Shown here: piece after piece, positions 27,031 to 40,107 of the stretch | Position numbering within the stretch: the stretch's first letter is position 1 | How the letters are laid out: every line of letters starts with the position of its first letter | NCBI GenBank assembly: GCA_964016885.1 | Contig: OZ024741.1 | Span: 268,832,001-268,896,000, forward strand | Source: Eledone cirrhosa | Lineage: Eukaryota | DNA length: 64,000 nt | Reading direction: 5' to 3' | The notes under the pieces: generated by a model | What the model was told of the DNA's origin: nothing | Databases searched by the model: none | The model's input: the letters and a program-made list of their open reading frames with translations, nothing else | Position numbers and translations under genes: made by a program

Positions 27031-27361
27031 AGATATTAATTTAACAATGAAAATAACAACAAAGTCAAGTTATTTTACCTATTCATATTATTGGTTTACG
27101 ATCATTTCGGAGAGTTGATCATATTGACATATTGACTGATCCATACTAGTTATATAACTGTATAATATCAGACTTCATATATAGCTTCAATCAGACCGTC
27201 TGTTTCCAAAGAAGATGGTTATATAACTGAGAAGTTATATAACTACAATGGATCAGTCGATATGTCAATATGATCAACTCTCTTGAACGGTCGTAAAACA
27301 ATAATATCAATAGGTAAAATAACTTGACTTTGTTGTTATTTTCATTGTTAAATTAATATCT
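27031..27361. mobile_element. Fold-back element: ~129-bp inverted arms (27031-27159 / 27233-27361) with a decayed hammerhead 3' half
   Basis: Arms are about 90% complementary by eye. The merged arms give GAAA-CGATCG-TA-AAMC. TAATATCAGACT is repeated after each arm. Confidence 0.8.
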
Positions 27362-27411
27362 AATATCAGACTCTGTATCTAAGTGGTGGGTGCTTTTTTT
27401 TCTGTGGCGCC

Positions 27412-27482
<71 letters not shown>

Positions 27483-27488
27483 ATATAT

Positions 27489-28081
27489 GGTGGCTGCCAA
27501 CTCGTTTTCGAGTACGGCCACTACTTTATATCCATGTAGGAGAACCCCTACCGATGCGCTGAATGAGTCTGACTTTTTAGTCCAGCCAGCGACTTGAAAA
27601 CTCTGGTACAAACGCTACACTTGTGACAATTATTGACACATAGTGCTGGGCCCATGGTACCATGTGACGACAAGTGCAGAGAGATCTCCAGATATAAAGC
27701 AATGCCTGTGTCGTGAAGTTTTTATAGTAAGCAAAGGCACTGCACAAAGCCAGTCCCACTCTCTTAACCAAGATGATATTTACCAAAAAGAAGAACAAGT
27801 CAACATCATTGGATACCATCAGGGTTGCAGGTGTTATATCAGAGTTTTCCTTCTCCTAGAATTCTGCCTTGACAAAGGCTAAGGGGTCATCTCTCCCGGT
27901 GATTTTGGATGGCCATTGACTCTTAAGAGCTCCTTTGCCCTTTGACAGGTTTTGTTTTTAGTCCTGCAGGATGTCCAAAGTCACCCTCCTCACCAAGAAA
28001 CCTTGGTGGGGTTGCCAGTTTAGTCGCCAACGACCCGACCATGAGACAGGTTGTACTGGGATACATGTTACCAGTAGCACC
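27489..28081 (-). mobile_element. Family C repeat, longest copy (RTE 5'-UTR-like non-autonomous element)
   Basis: GC-richer, hairpin-rich 5' part; CTAGGAGAAGGAAAACTCTGA motif; 3' end shared with 25490; flanked by TA/CA runs. Confidence 0.6.
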
Positions 28082-28105
28082 ATATACATACACATATACA
28101 CACAC

Positions 28106-28136
<31 letters not shown>

Positions 28137-28687
28137 AACACACATATATATATATATATATACATATTTAGGCGCACATATATATATGTTACCTGTATGT
28201 TTTGTGAAGGTACGTATACTTTCTCATACGTATATTTGATTATATATGTTATGGCGTATAATTTTTTTATATATTCTGGTGCATATGGTTTGGTTATGTG
28301 TATACGGGTGTTTTGCGTCTGTGTGAGTATGCAGGTTTGTACATATGTAGGGTGTGTGTATATGTGTACTTCATGTTTTGGTTGACTTACGTCTCCGAAC
28401 ATTTGTGTATTTACATGTAGGTATGTGTGTGCGCTTGTTATATACGTATTTATTTATTTATTTACGTTTATTTAATTATTTATTTATTTGTATACACGCA
28501 CACACACACATATTTATATGTGCGTGGTTTTGTATACCTATGGCAAGTGTTTCCGCGTATGCTTGTGTATGTACGTATTTGCATGCGTGTATGTATTTAT
28601 TTAATTTCTATTACCTCTGTATTGTATTTTATTTACTTTATTCTTAACTCTGAAGCCGAGTATCATTCGGTTTCCTAGTTAGAATTT

Positions 28688-28958
28688 TAGTCTACGACTT
28701 CAGCTATACCATTTACGTGGTTTTGTCTTTGCGTACAATTGTTCTCCATGCTCCACATACGACGTATTATCTTCGTTTTTTCGGTTCATTGCCAGAGAAC
28801 GTCTCTATGAACCACCTAAGAGAACATTAGTCTACGACTTCTTTTATACCATAAACGTGGTTCTGTCTTTGCGCGTAATTGTTTTTCACCGCTTCTATTA
28901 ATGACGTATTATATTCGTTTTTTCCCGTTCTTTGCCAGGGAACGTTTCCACGAACCAA
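28688..28958. repeat. Diverged ~139-bp tandem duplication upstream of a hammerhead-bearing repeat
   Basis: TTAGTCTACGACTTC...TATACCAT...ACGTGGTT at 28688 and 28827. Confidence 0.85.
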
Positions 28959-29035
28959 TGTATCGTCTTCCTGTCTTCCTCCGGTTGCAACGTTTTTTGA
29001 AATATCCACTTCTGCGTTTACAGATTGACTTTGTT

Positions 29036-29086
29036 AGTTTCAGAAGATCCCGTTAAGGGTGAAAGCAGCGATTCTTTGCTTAAACT
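29036..29086 (+). ncRNA. Type I hammerhead-like motif with a U4A core variant and a true hairpin stem III
   Basis: AGTTT-CAGAAGA-T-CCC GTTAA GGG-T-GAAA-GCAG CGATTCT TTGC-T-T-AAACT. Confidence 0.65.
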
Positions 29087-29102
29087 TTAATCTGTTATTT
29101 TA

Positions 29103-29140
<38 letters not shown>

Positions 29141-29142
<2 letters not shown>

Positions 29143-29194
29143 AGGGCGGTGCCCCAGCATGGCCTCAGCCGGATGGCTGAAACAGGTAAAAGAG
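29141..29194 (+). mobile_element. Short SINE-like 3' tail fragment inside (TA)n
   Basis: GGCGGTGCCCCAGCATGGCC...CTGAAACAGGTAAAAGA; resembles, from memory, an octopus SINE end. Confidence 0.45.
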
Positions 29195-29226
<32 letters not shown>

Positions 29227-29722
29227 CATACATACACCATGTTCTATATTGCCAAACAATGTTTCCAACTCTTGACAAAAGAGAAGTTAGTTGTAGGTTC
29301 AGAATGTTTTAGGTAATACACGATCTGCCCTCACTAAATCACTGGCATTTATTTATTTATTTATTGAATAATTTTAACAATCTTTCTTGTATAATTGACA
29401 AGTTTGACTCTGTCTTTTCCACATAGATATGAAAACATTTTAAAACCAAATTATTATAGACACAGACTCATACTCGTATACATATATACCCACCACAAAC
29501 ACACGCACACGCACATATAAAGGTGTGTGTGTGTGTTCCGTAGAAAAAGTAAAGGAAAAAGAGTGCTCTATGTATTGTACAGAGCTATTTAATTGCATAA
29601 TAAACAACATATATAAATGAAATATTTTATGCGTTTTTTATTGTGTGTGTGTGCGCGTGTATGTATGTGTATATATATATATCAAGTAAGAATATTTTCG
29701 AAACAGCGAACGAGTTTGAAAT

Positions 29723-30051
29723 TATAAATATAAGCTATCGCCGTATTTTGACTAAAGAAATTAAAGAAATTATTTAGCCTGATAGTGGGGTTAAGAACCC
29801 TCGGAGAAATGGAAAAAGATGAGTATTGACGTACATGGGAGTCGAACCCACATCTTTGGTTATCCAGACTACTGTGCTACCATCGGTGTAATGGCAGCAC
29901 AGTGGTCTGGATAACCAAAGATGTGGGTTCGACTCCCATGTACGTCAATACTCATCTTTTTCCATTTCTCCGAGGGTTCTTAACCCCACTATCAGGCTAA
30001 ATAATTTCTTTAATTTCTTTAGTCAAAATACGGCGATAGCTTATATTTATA
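29723..30051. repeat. Near-perfect palindrome (161-bp arms, 7-nt loop) made of a tRNA-derived element
   Basis: 29723-29883 is the reverse complement of 29891-30051 with 2 differences. The right arm carries A box GGTGTAATGGCAGCAC and T-arm GTGGG-TTCGACT-CCCAT. Confidence 0.93.
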
Positions 30052-30565
30052 TATATATATGATTTGGGTAATGTCTTCATACAAATATATATACATATAG
30101 TTGAAGAAATAATGCAAACACAGGGATGCAAAAACAGTCTTATTAGAATGACACACACACATATATATATATCCTAATTAGTAGAATGTTGAACAATAAT
30201 CTCCCCTTGATTTTGTTCACTGACATGAACATAACAGATTAGTATATATGGTTGCCTAATCACAGTAGTCATAACTCTCCCCTATTTATTCTCTCTATTA
30301 TGTAATATATTTTCTATTCCTGATTTGTACTTAACGGATTAGTTCAGTTGCAATCAAACTGACTGCTTATTAGATTAAAGATGACAAAAATCTATTGAAT
30401 TTTGAGACATATTTACTTTTTTATTTATATACCAGTATCATATGTTGTTATGAATGACACATTTCCAGCTAAGATATCTAAATATATATATATGGGATCC
30501 ATATTCCCAAATACATGATATTGCTTCTATAAAAACTACCTGAGCGTTGGGTAGTTTTGAATTTC

Positions 30566-30814
30566 TTAGAAAATGTAGGAATCCCAAATGGAGAAAATAA
30601 CCATAACCCAAATTGATTTCTGTAAATAATAGCTTAGAAAATCGGAGAAAATAAATCTCTCTGGATAGAAAAACTGGCCAAAAACCACTCCATAGCAGCT
30701 ACTGACTACTTCTACCATCCATAGGGGTATTTTCTCCTATTTTATAAGCTATCATTTCTAACAACTAACTGTGGTTATGGTTATTTACTCCATTTCGGAT
30801 TCCTACATTTTCTA
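30566..30814. mobile_element. Imperfect fold-back MITE-like element
   Basis: TAGAAAATGTAGGAATCCCAAATGGAGAAAATAACCATAACC / GGTTATGGTTATTTACTCCATTTCGGATTCCTACATTTTCTA. Confidence 0.75.
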
Positions 30815-31006
30815 GTAATATGACATTGTTAGTTCCGTAATAAAATGGTTGAGATAGAGCAAATAACTTGGATACCCATTGAATAATTTGGATGGTAAAC
30901 ATTTAGAAGAGATTTATTTATATATAGGGATTTGAGTAGATGATGAGTGGAGGACTTTTTCTAAGGCTTTTCTGGCTCCAAGAACATTCGAATGAAAGAA
31001 AATGGT

Positions 31007-31237
31007 TTAACTCTTTAGCATTTACATTACTCTATATATATACTATTATATTTTCGCAGTAAAGGTTTTACCTCACATAATTATCACACATAATATTGAA
31101 TCTATAAGATTTTCATATTATTTATTTTGAGAACAATACATTAACATCAGCATGAGTGGCCAGTTATGGCCTGTTTGAACAGAAAGAGGTGAAAGAATTC
31201 TGGCTGGATATGGCTGGTTCAAATGCTAAAGTGTTAA
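31007..31237. mobile_element. TTAA-flanked (piggyBac-like) MITE
   Basis: TTAACTCTTTAGCATTT ... AAATGCTAAAGTGTTAA; second copy at 48475-48666. Confidence 0.75.
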
Positions 31238-34200
31238 TATTTCATTGCTGAAATATTCAATATTTCTTTTTAAGAAGTCTCTGATAATAAGCTGTACTAT
31301 TGTAGTTTTAAATAGTTTCTCTGGAAATGATGGTGTGACACATTAACTTAGTGAATCTTGTATCTTTCATGGCTAGGATACACCACCCACAGACAGAAGA
31401 GGGGCTGGTGCCATGCCTACAGGGTGGTGAGTATGAAAAGAAGATGGATACCAAAAAGTAAGTTCACCCTGATATCTACCTTGCAGCCCCCCCCCCCCCT
31501 CGCTCTCTCATCAACACAACTAAATCCCTATGTAAACCACCTTCTAATGACATCTAACAGAATTATTAACAACATTTAGACTCTCATAACAACTAGAAAC
31601 TCCTAGATTTTCCATATTTTCCTTTTCACGTTGTTTTGCGCTAAACTTTCCAGATTTTTCTGTCATAGTTACATTCCGAGGCAGTGAATTGGCAGAGTCG
31701 TTAGATCATCAGATAGAATGCTTTGTGTTATTCCCTCTGACTTGCTGTTCTTTCTAAGTTCAAATCTTGCTGAGATCAACTTTGTCTTTCATCCTTTCAA
31801 GGTTGATAAAATAAAAAAGTACCAATCAAGTACCGGGGGTTGATTCTCTCTCTCTCTCCATTATGTACACTGTCTCACATAGCACAGTTTCAGAATATCT
31901 GTACTCCTACAACAGGGAATCATGAAGTTGATGTGGAGGATGGTTTATTCCAAGCTGGCCCAACTTAGTTTATGTGTGTGTGTACATTATTTGAATCTCT
32001 TTCCTATAAACATGGAATCAGTTTCCAACCAGGAATCAAAGCTCCATTCTTTGAATTTAGATAACAAGAATGGTAAAAAGATGCTTGTTGACTTTTAGAA
32101 AAGTCTTGCATATTTTGATTGTTCCCCCTACAGATTGTATTTGTAAAAGATGTCTAAGCTGGTTTTTGTCAGACATCTGTCTGTTAACATAACCAAATGC
32201 ACCAAGAATTGTTGGTATGAATATGAATTTATAACTTAGGTCAAGAAGCTGAACGTTTTACAAATGATCATGTGTTTACATCAGCAGGGCAGCTGACCTC
32301 TATGACAGTACATAGTTTTTCTTTTCTGTCACAAATAACTCTATTGGTGTCTGTTGTGTTTGTTCAAGGTAGAAGTTTAGATTGGTATCTTCTACCAATA
32401 TTCCTTGCCTTGATATCTGTTTGTGATATATTCCTTGTATTGATATCTGTATGTAGTGTAACAGAAGAGTTAGGAACATCACCACCACCACCACGAGCAT
32501 CACCACAACCACCGCCACCACAATGGGCATCATCACCACCACCGCCATCACTACAACTACCATTACCACCATCACCACGAGCATCATCAGCATCATCAGT
32601 CATTCTGCTCTCTTCTCCTTCTCCATCTATAGTAACACATTAATCCAAGATTAAAAGTGTGTTATTAATATTAATAAATAATAGCTTCTCTTTCCTACAC
32701 TTGATATTACTACAACTACCAACTTCTATTGCTTTGTTTAATGTAACTCACTAAAGACATTATATCATACTGTCTTTGTTCCTCTTATTATGGCTTACAC
32801 CACCAATCAAGTGCTAATTATTAGCTATATTAAAATTACCCACCTTTATATTTTCATAACTATATCTCTTTTCTCTCATGAGAGCTGTTTTTATCATTAA
32901 AATAATACATTTTATGACTGTGTGTGTCTTATTAACTGAAGTTATTTGTTTCCAATTGACTGTATTGTTTCAGTAGAGTGATAATCAGCTTTGTTTGTTG
33001 GGGGGGGTCTTGTGATTTATTTAAACAAAACATTCAATACCATGATAGCCTAACAGAATAGTCTTCCTTTACATCATAAATTTTACATCTTTATTGATGG
33101 TGGCCAAGTATCTGTATGGAAGTAAGCAGTAAGCCAATATCAGATAACAATTGTCTGTGTTTTGAACCTCTGGTTTTTTTTGTGTTTTTTTTTTATAGAT
33201 AAAACTTTATTGAAATTTCAAGCACCATTTCTAATGATTAGTGATATTTCTGTAATAGAATTCAGTGCCAGCATTTCTGTGGTTCATTTGTGAGTCAAAG
33301 AATTAATTATGGAATCGTTTACATAGAAGTATTCTCTAACCAGTGTTCTCTTCCTCCTCATTATCATCATCATCACCACCACCACCACCACCACCACCAC
33401 CAATCACCACCAATCACCACCACCACCATCATCATCACATGTCCACTTTCCATGTTGGAATAGATTGGACAGATTGTCATAGGTTTGTGACTGAACAGAT
33501 TGAAGGGTCTCATCTCATATGTATGTTCCATATTTGGCAAGGTTTCTACTGCTGTATGCCCTTCCCAATGACAACCACTTTACAGAGTCTGCTGGGTACA
33601 TTTTATAGTACCACCAGTACTAGAGAGGTTGTTATGTTCTTCACATTGTTGCTGTTCAATCCTCACCACTTTATAGTGTGTACCGAAGAGCATTTTATTG
33701 TGGCATAAGTACTAGTGATTTTGCCTTGGATCCCTTATGACTAAATGGGTAATCCCCACCCTATGTTGTCTGTCCGTATAAGGCAATGTTATCATTTACA
33801 AAATCCTTTCTAGTTCGGTCTCAGCCAATGTAATATCAATATACAATACACTATTGTCTTTAACTTTCCTCTTCCTCTTTTAAGATAGACTTGTTTATCT
33901 ATTTAGTTTGTTTGAAGTTTGAAGCTGGCACAGTTATTACACAAAATAAATCCATTGAAACATCATCACCCTACATACATCTACCTATCATTGACATTTT
34001 ATGTCTGGATAAAAGTTGTTTTTCTCTCTCTTTCACTTTAAATATTTGTTAAAAAATAATTGCTTCTGTGATACTACTTTAATCATAATTAGTCTTACCG
34101 TAATTCTATATACTATTTATGACTAATTGGTGTATTTTATAGTGGTCACCTCTTTTGATTACTTTTAATTATTGTAACTAGTTTTTGATTTTTAATTTAA

Positions 34201-35333
34201 TGTAGTTTACAATTTGGAAAATTAAAAAAAAAAAATTTTTTTTTTCTTCATTTTTGAATTTATAACAAAAAGCAATTTGATTGTCTTTATTGTGTTAGTT
34301 AATTAAATGTTGATTGTAATTTATTCCATTTAAAGAACTAATCAAAGCATTGAACTCTCTTCAGTGTTACAATTCTTCAACTATGGTTTCCAACAATATA
34401 ATACTTTACCTCTGCAAAAGCACCCCTCCCCTCTGTCTCTCTCACACACACACGCGCGTTAAATGTGATTCTGTTTAACATTTCACTTCAAACATAAGTT
34501 GTTGACCTTCAGCCTTTAATTAGCAGATTCATTACAGTTATCTCTCTCTCTCTCTCTCTCAAACAAACACACTCACAAACACTTTCTGATATAAACAAGT
34601 TCTTGTGAATTCTTGCCTATTACAAGACCGATTAGTTTTTCATTCTACACTTCAGCTAAAAGTTGCTTTTCTCTGTTAATGGTCAGTCTTATTTACAAGA
34701 ATGTGTGCCATGGCAACAGATCCTACTCGATCCATTCTCTCTCAAGCCCCACCTGTGCAAATTTGTTGGGGTTAATAATGTGTTATACTCTCATCACAGC
34801 AGAAAGGAGATTTGAAAAGGTTCCAATCTCCATAAATCTGTTCAAGTAGTCATTCTCTTGAGCAGTCTTTAGAACGTTGGACAAAATGCTTTGCAGTTTT
34901 CATTTCAGCTCTCTGAGTTCAAATCTCGCCGAGGTCAACTTTGCCTTTCATCTATTCAAGGTTAATAAATAAAGCAGCAATCTAGTACTAGGGATGATTC
35001 TTCCTCTATATTTCTTTCTCACTTCCATTCTATTAATCTTTATTCTTCACTGGAGGAAATCTGTTATATTCACACCTGGAGAGGAGATGGGGTCTGCCGG
35101 GTTTAAAAATGCCCTAGATACATTGCATATCAATATGGTGCCCATACGATTCCCTCAGGAGTTATGGGACCATGCATATATATGTCTAGAGTTTGATTCT
35201 TCATAGTAGCTGCTGCCAATATTTTTCTATCTCTAAGGGTCTTTACCTGATTTTATAGGCTATTTTCATAGCAACTGACTGCAATTGTAGTTATTTTCTT
35301 CGTTGGAGCATCTTACATCTTCTTATAAATATA

Positions 35334-35668
35334 TCATCATTTCATTTTACGTCCGCTTTTTCCCTGCTTGCAAGGGTGGGACGGGAACTGATTCTGGCTT
35401 GATTTCTACAGCTGGATGCCCTTCCTAACACCAACCTCATTTACAGTGAGTGCTGGGTGCTTTTTTGCCGTGGCACCTCCACGACCACTTTGCAGTGGAA
35501 TGATAGGGACCCCAGTCCCTATCATCTCATTTCTACAGCTGAGTAAACTGGAGCAATGTGAAATAAAGTGTCTTGCTCAAGGAAACAACACATTACCCGG
35601 TCTGAGAATTGAACTCACAACCTTTCGATTGCAAGGCCAATGCTCTAACCACTAAGCCATGTGCCTCC
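35334..35668 (-). mobile_element. SINE family A, full length
   Basis: Reverse complement of the consensus, with very few differences. Confidence 0.93.
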
Positions 35669-35809
35669 ATATATACACATACACACACACACACACTCAC
35701 ACTCACACTCACACTCACACTCACACTTACACTCACACACACACACACACTCACACTCACACTCACACTCACACTCACACTCACACTCACACTCACACTC
35801 ACACTTACA

Positions 35810-35849
<40 letters not shown>

Positions 35850-36291
35850 CCTACATATCAGGTATCAGCTTTTTGTAAGCAGCTCCCAGTTCTTGTATTG
35901 TTGGGTGGATGTGCATGTACAAAAAGGACAAAGCAACTTAGCAATTTGGTTGTGCCAGAATCTGTTTACCACAAATACCTGGTTGATATTGGTTGTGTTA
36001 CCAAGTGTGATAAATTAATCCAGTATATGTAATCCACAGAGTTACAAATATACTGAAAAATACATTGAGGCATATTTGGTGATATTCAAAGATTCATTTA
36101 TTAAATATCATTTTTCTGTGGTCTATCTCTGAGGACATTATCTAGCAGTGTGAGATAATGGATTATATAATAACACACATTTCTTAGTCCAATTATGTAA
36201 CACATCAAAATATGTGTCAGACTCTCCATGCATTGATTAGTGGTCTCCCCAGTCTCAGCACCGCAGACTACCCCCCCCTCTCTCTCTATAT

Positions 36292-36362
<71 letters not shown>

Positions 36363-37596
36363 GTGAGAGAGAGAGAGAGGAAAAGAGTCATTACCCACTC
36401 TATTACCCTAAGTATCGAGTACTCTGGTGCGTTATGGTCCACCTGGTTCCTTACCACAACTCCTTCGTTATATATATATAGAGGGAGAGAAAGAAAGAGA
36501 GGAAGATAGAAACCAAACTGTGACACCTAGCAGGTTTGTTCGAGGGACGTGTAGTTTGACTCTCTGTAGCTGCTGCTAGCCACTTTTTCTGCCCCTAAGG
36601 CTATTTAACCAGATTTCCTAAAGCTATTATTATTTATAGTGAATTCTGTGTTTGAATTCCAACATTTCAAATATGTATATAAATATATATATATATATAT
36701 GTGTGTATATATATAGAGAGAGATTGATAGGTAAATAAATAGATAGGTAGATAGATAGATTAATATGGTAAAAGAGGTATTCTTAGTGACCGTAGGCTAC
36801 AAATATTGACTGTATTTGGCTGGTCAGAATTTGGGCCTGCTGTGTTGGGTGGGGTGTGTGACGTTGTCTTACATTGATTTCTTGCAAAATAGATACTGCA
36901 TTTAAAAAACAAAACTTGTATATCCAACCTGTAGACTTATCTACACACACACACAGACACACACACTCTTTCTCTCTCATATACACATACACACTCTCTG
37001 TCTGTCTGTCTCTATCTCTTCCTCTCTGTGCCTGCCTGTATATCTCTCTGTCCATCTCTCTGTCTATCTCTCACTCGCTGTCTCTGTCCATCAGTCTCTG
37101 CCTATCTGTAATACTCTGTCTCTGTCTATCACTCTTCTCTATCTGCATCCCTCTCTATCTCTTTCTCTCTGTCTGTTTGTCTGTCTGTCTCTCTCTTTCT
37201 CTGTCTCTTTATCTCTCTTTCTGCCTATCTCTCTCCCTTCCTGTCTCTCTTTTTCTCCCTATCTGTCCATCTTTTTGTTAAGATTTTAATAAGGAAATTG
37301 ACAGGGAATTATCTACAGTATTGCATTGATATATGGACTTGCGGTAATAGCAGCCTTTAACAAAGGCTTGATCCCGCTCTATGTGCACATGCATACACAC
37401 ATGTATGCATGTATGTGTATGTGTGTGTGTGTGTCTATGTGTGTTTTACATATGGCTGTCTCTATATTTTGTGCATTACTGCATTATTTTATTTCTTTGG
37501 TAGTACATACATGTTATTCAGTACTTACCTTGTCCTCTATATACACATTTTTGACATTATTACATAACCTACTCTCTCTATATATGATATACACTA

Positions 37597-37654
<58 letters not shown>

Positions 37655-37857
37655 TCATCATTGTTTAAAGGCTATTTTTCCATGCTTGCATGGGTGAGTC
37701 AGGTCATCTATGTTATGGGACAATTGTGGACAGCTGGCTGTGCTGCACCTTGCTCAAATGGAACTGTATTTTGGCTGAGTGGTCCCCTAATTTGTGGTCC
37801 CCCAGTTTTGGTGCTGCAGTCTTTACACACACACACACACACATAGATATGAATATG

Positions 37858-37894
<37 letters not shown>

Positions 37895-39878
37895 ACACAC
37901 ACAAACATGTATATATGCATTATCAAAGGAACTCACGTGTAGAGAAGCTGTGCTAGAAAGGATCTGTGAAACCTGTGATAACATGGAGAAATAGTTGTAA
38001 AAAGGGTGATCTGTGTGTGTTTGTGTGTATATACTTATATATATATACATACATATATATATATATATATTCACATATGCATGCATGTGTTGTATTGCAC
38101 ATTATTGCATAACCTGCCCACACATACATATATATGTGTGTGTGCTTGTGTGTGTGTCTGTATATATATATATATGTATATGTGTATACACACACATACT
38201 CATTATATCAGAGAATACCACATATCCTACCCTATATCTCATTAAACCAGTTGTTACCAACAAGATATTGCAGTTTACAGTTGCATTTGCAGTGCATGTT
38301 CAGCTTCCTGCATGTTGGCTCTAGTAGCAATAGTAGTAGCAGCAGCAGTGGTGGTTGTGGTGGCCATGTTGGTGGTGGTGGTAGTGGTTGTAGCAGTAGC
38401 AGCAATAGTTGCAGCGGTGGTTGTAATGGTGGTAGTAGTAGTAATAGTAGCAGTTGCAGTAGCAGTAGTAGTAGTAGTCGTTGTAGTATTAGTAGTAGTA
38501 GTAATAGTAGTAGGACAGGTCAGCACCAGTTTTACTGGTACACATCTCTACCAGTTTAGTATTTCACTTCCAATGTAGTTTGTATTGATAGTAGTAGTAG
38601 TAGTAGTCTGTTTTATATTGTTACACATACACACACGCACGCACATAGTTTACTTTTTCTCTACTTTTATAACTTATTACTACCAGCAGATATATCACCC
38701 TTCTTCTTTTCGTCTATTCGTTATCTTAACTATTAATTTTGTCTTATTCAACCCGGTCTACATATATTCATCTATATAATGATACATACATATAGCTATA
38801 TCATTGTATAGTCATTCTACCAATAAATATATCTATAAGCTCTTTCGTTACAGTATTTCTAATGAACTAATAAATAACACAACTGATGGTTTTCAAATAA
38901 TTTTGAAAGTCATGAAGAATTTAAGGGAATTTAGCCATCTATATAGTCAGTATATCATTACAATATTTATAATGAATGACACAGCCTATGATTTTCGAAT
39001 AATTTTGAAAATAATCACTAATTTGGAGGGATTTTGTAAAATAACTAACTTTCTCATTAGTAAGCTTCTGTTCAAAATATAACTTAACACATCTATATAT
39101 ACATTCTATGAATAAATAAATGTATATAAACATGTTGTTACTGTATTTCTTAGACACTGCATATGATTTTCAAATGATTTTAAAAATAACCAAAAATTTT
39201 GAGGGATTTTGTTAAATAACTTTCTCATTATTAAGCTGGTGTTATAATATAACAAAATATAACACAACAGAATTATTGGGTTGTCAAGTATGAAATTTGT
39301 AGGAACCCCCCCCCCCCCCCCCCCAACAAATTTCTACAAATTTCATACTTGGCTATCCAGTGTAATGGAAGGTTTTTAGATTAACATAAACACTTCAAAA
39401 TAAACAAGCTCTTTGTCATAGAACCAGGGGCAGTTTCAGACAGTTTAGTATGAAAGGGGATAATGGCATGAATGTATTTATAGTCATTTTATATACCACA
39501 CATCTATATAATGTTATATACCATATATGTGCATGTATAAATCACACCACTAGATAAGTTGCTCATCCATTTTAGATACAGCAAGCATTTTTGGTTCACC
39601 AGTTTATTTTGATTCCAAATTTTATAGCTCATGTAGTTGTATGGTGCTTTTTCATTTTTTTTACATTTTATTTTTGTCGGAATAAAATGCAACTAATGCA
39701 CAATTATAAACACTACATATCCATGCTAGCGCGGAGAGTGGACATAAAATAATGGTTCTATGAACACATATTTTCTCACTTTCTTTGTGTGTATTTGTTC
39801 ACTTTTAATTAACTAACGCTATATATTATACAAACACATATATATGATATATATGTGTATGTGTACATACATATATGC

Positions 39879-39930
<52 letters not shown>

Positions 39931-39934
<4 letters not shown>

Positions 39935-40107
39935 GTTTCTACTTTAGGCACAAGGCCAGCAATTACCCAGTGCATTACTGGTACTTTATTTTTATCAACC
40001 CCGTAAGGATGAAAGGCAAAGTCAACCTCGGCGGGATTTGAACTCAGATCGTAAAGGGACGTAACTATGCTGGAAAGCATGGCGTCCGACCCTCTACCGA
40101 TACTGCC
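39931..40107 (-). mobile_element. SINE family B
   Basis: Near-identical reverse complement of 6660-6835. Confidence 0.88.

Noticed and set aside
29885-29948. Functional tRNA with GGA anticodon
   Set aside because: The 5' acceptor strand is missing, the variable arm is too short for tRNA-Ser and the anticodon loop is atypical; treated as a tRNA-derived element.
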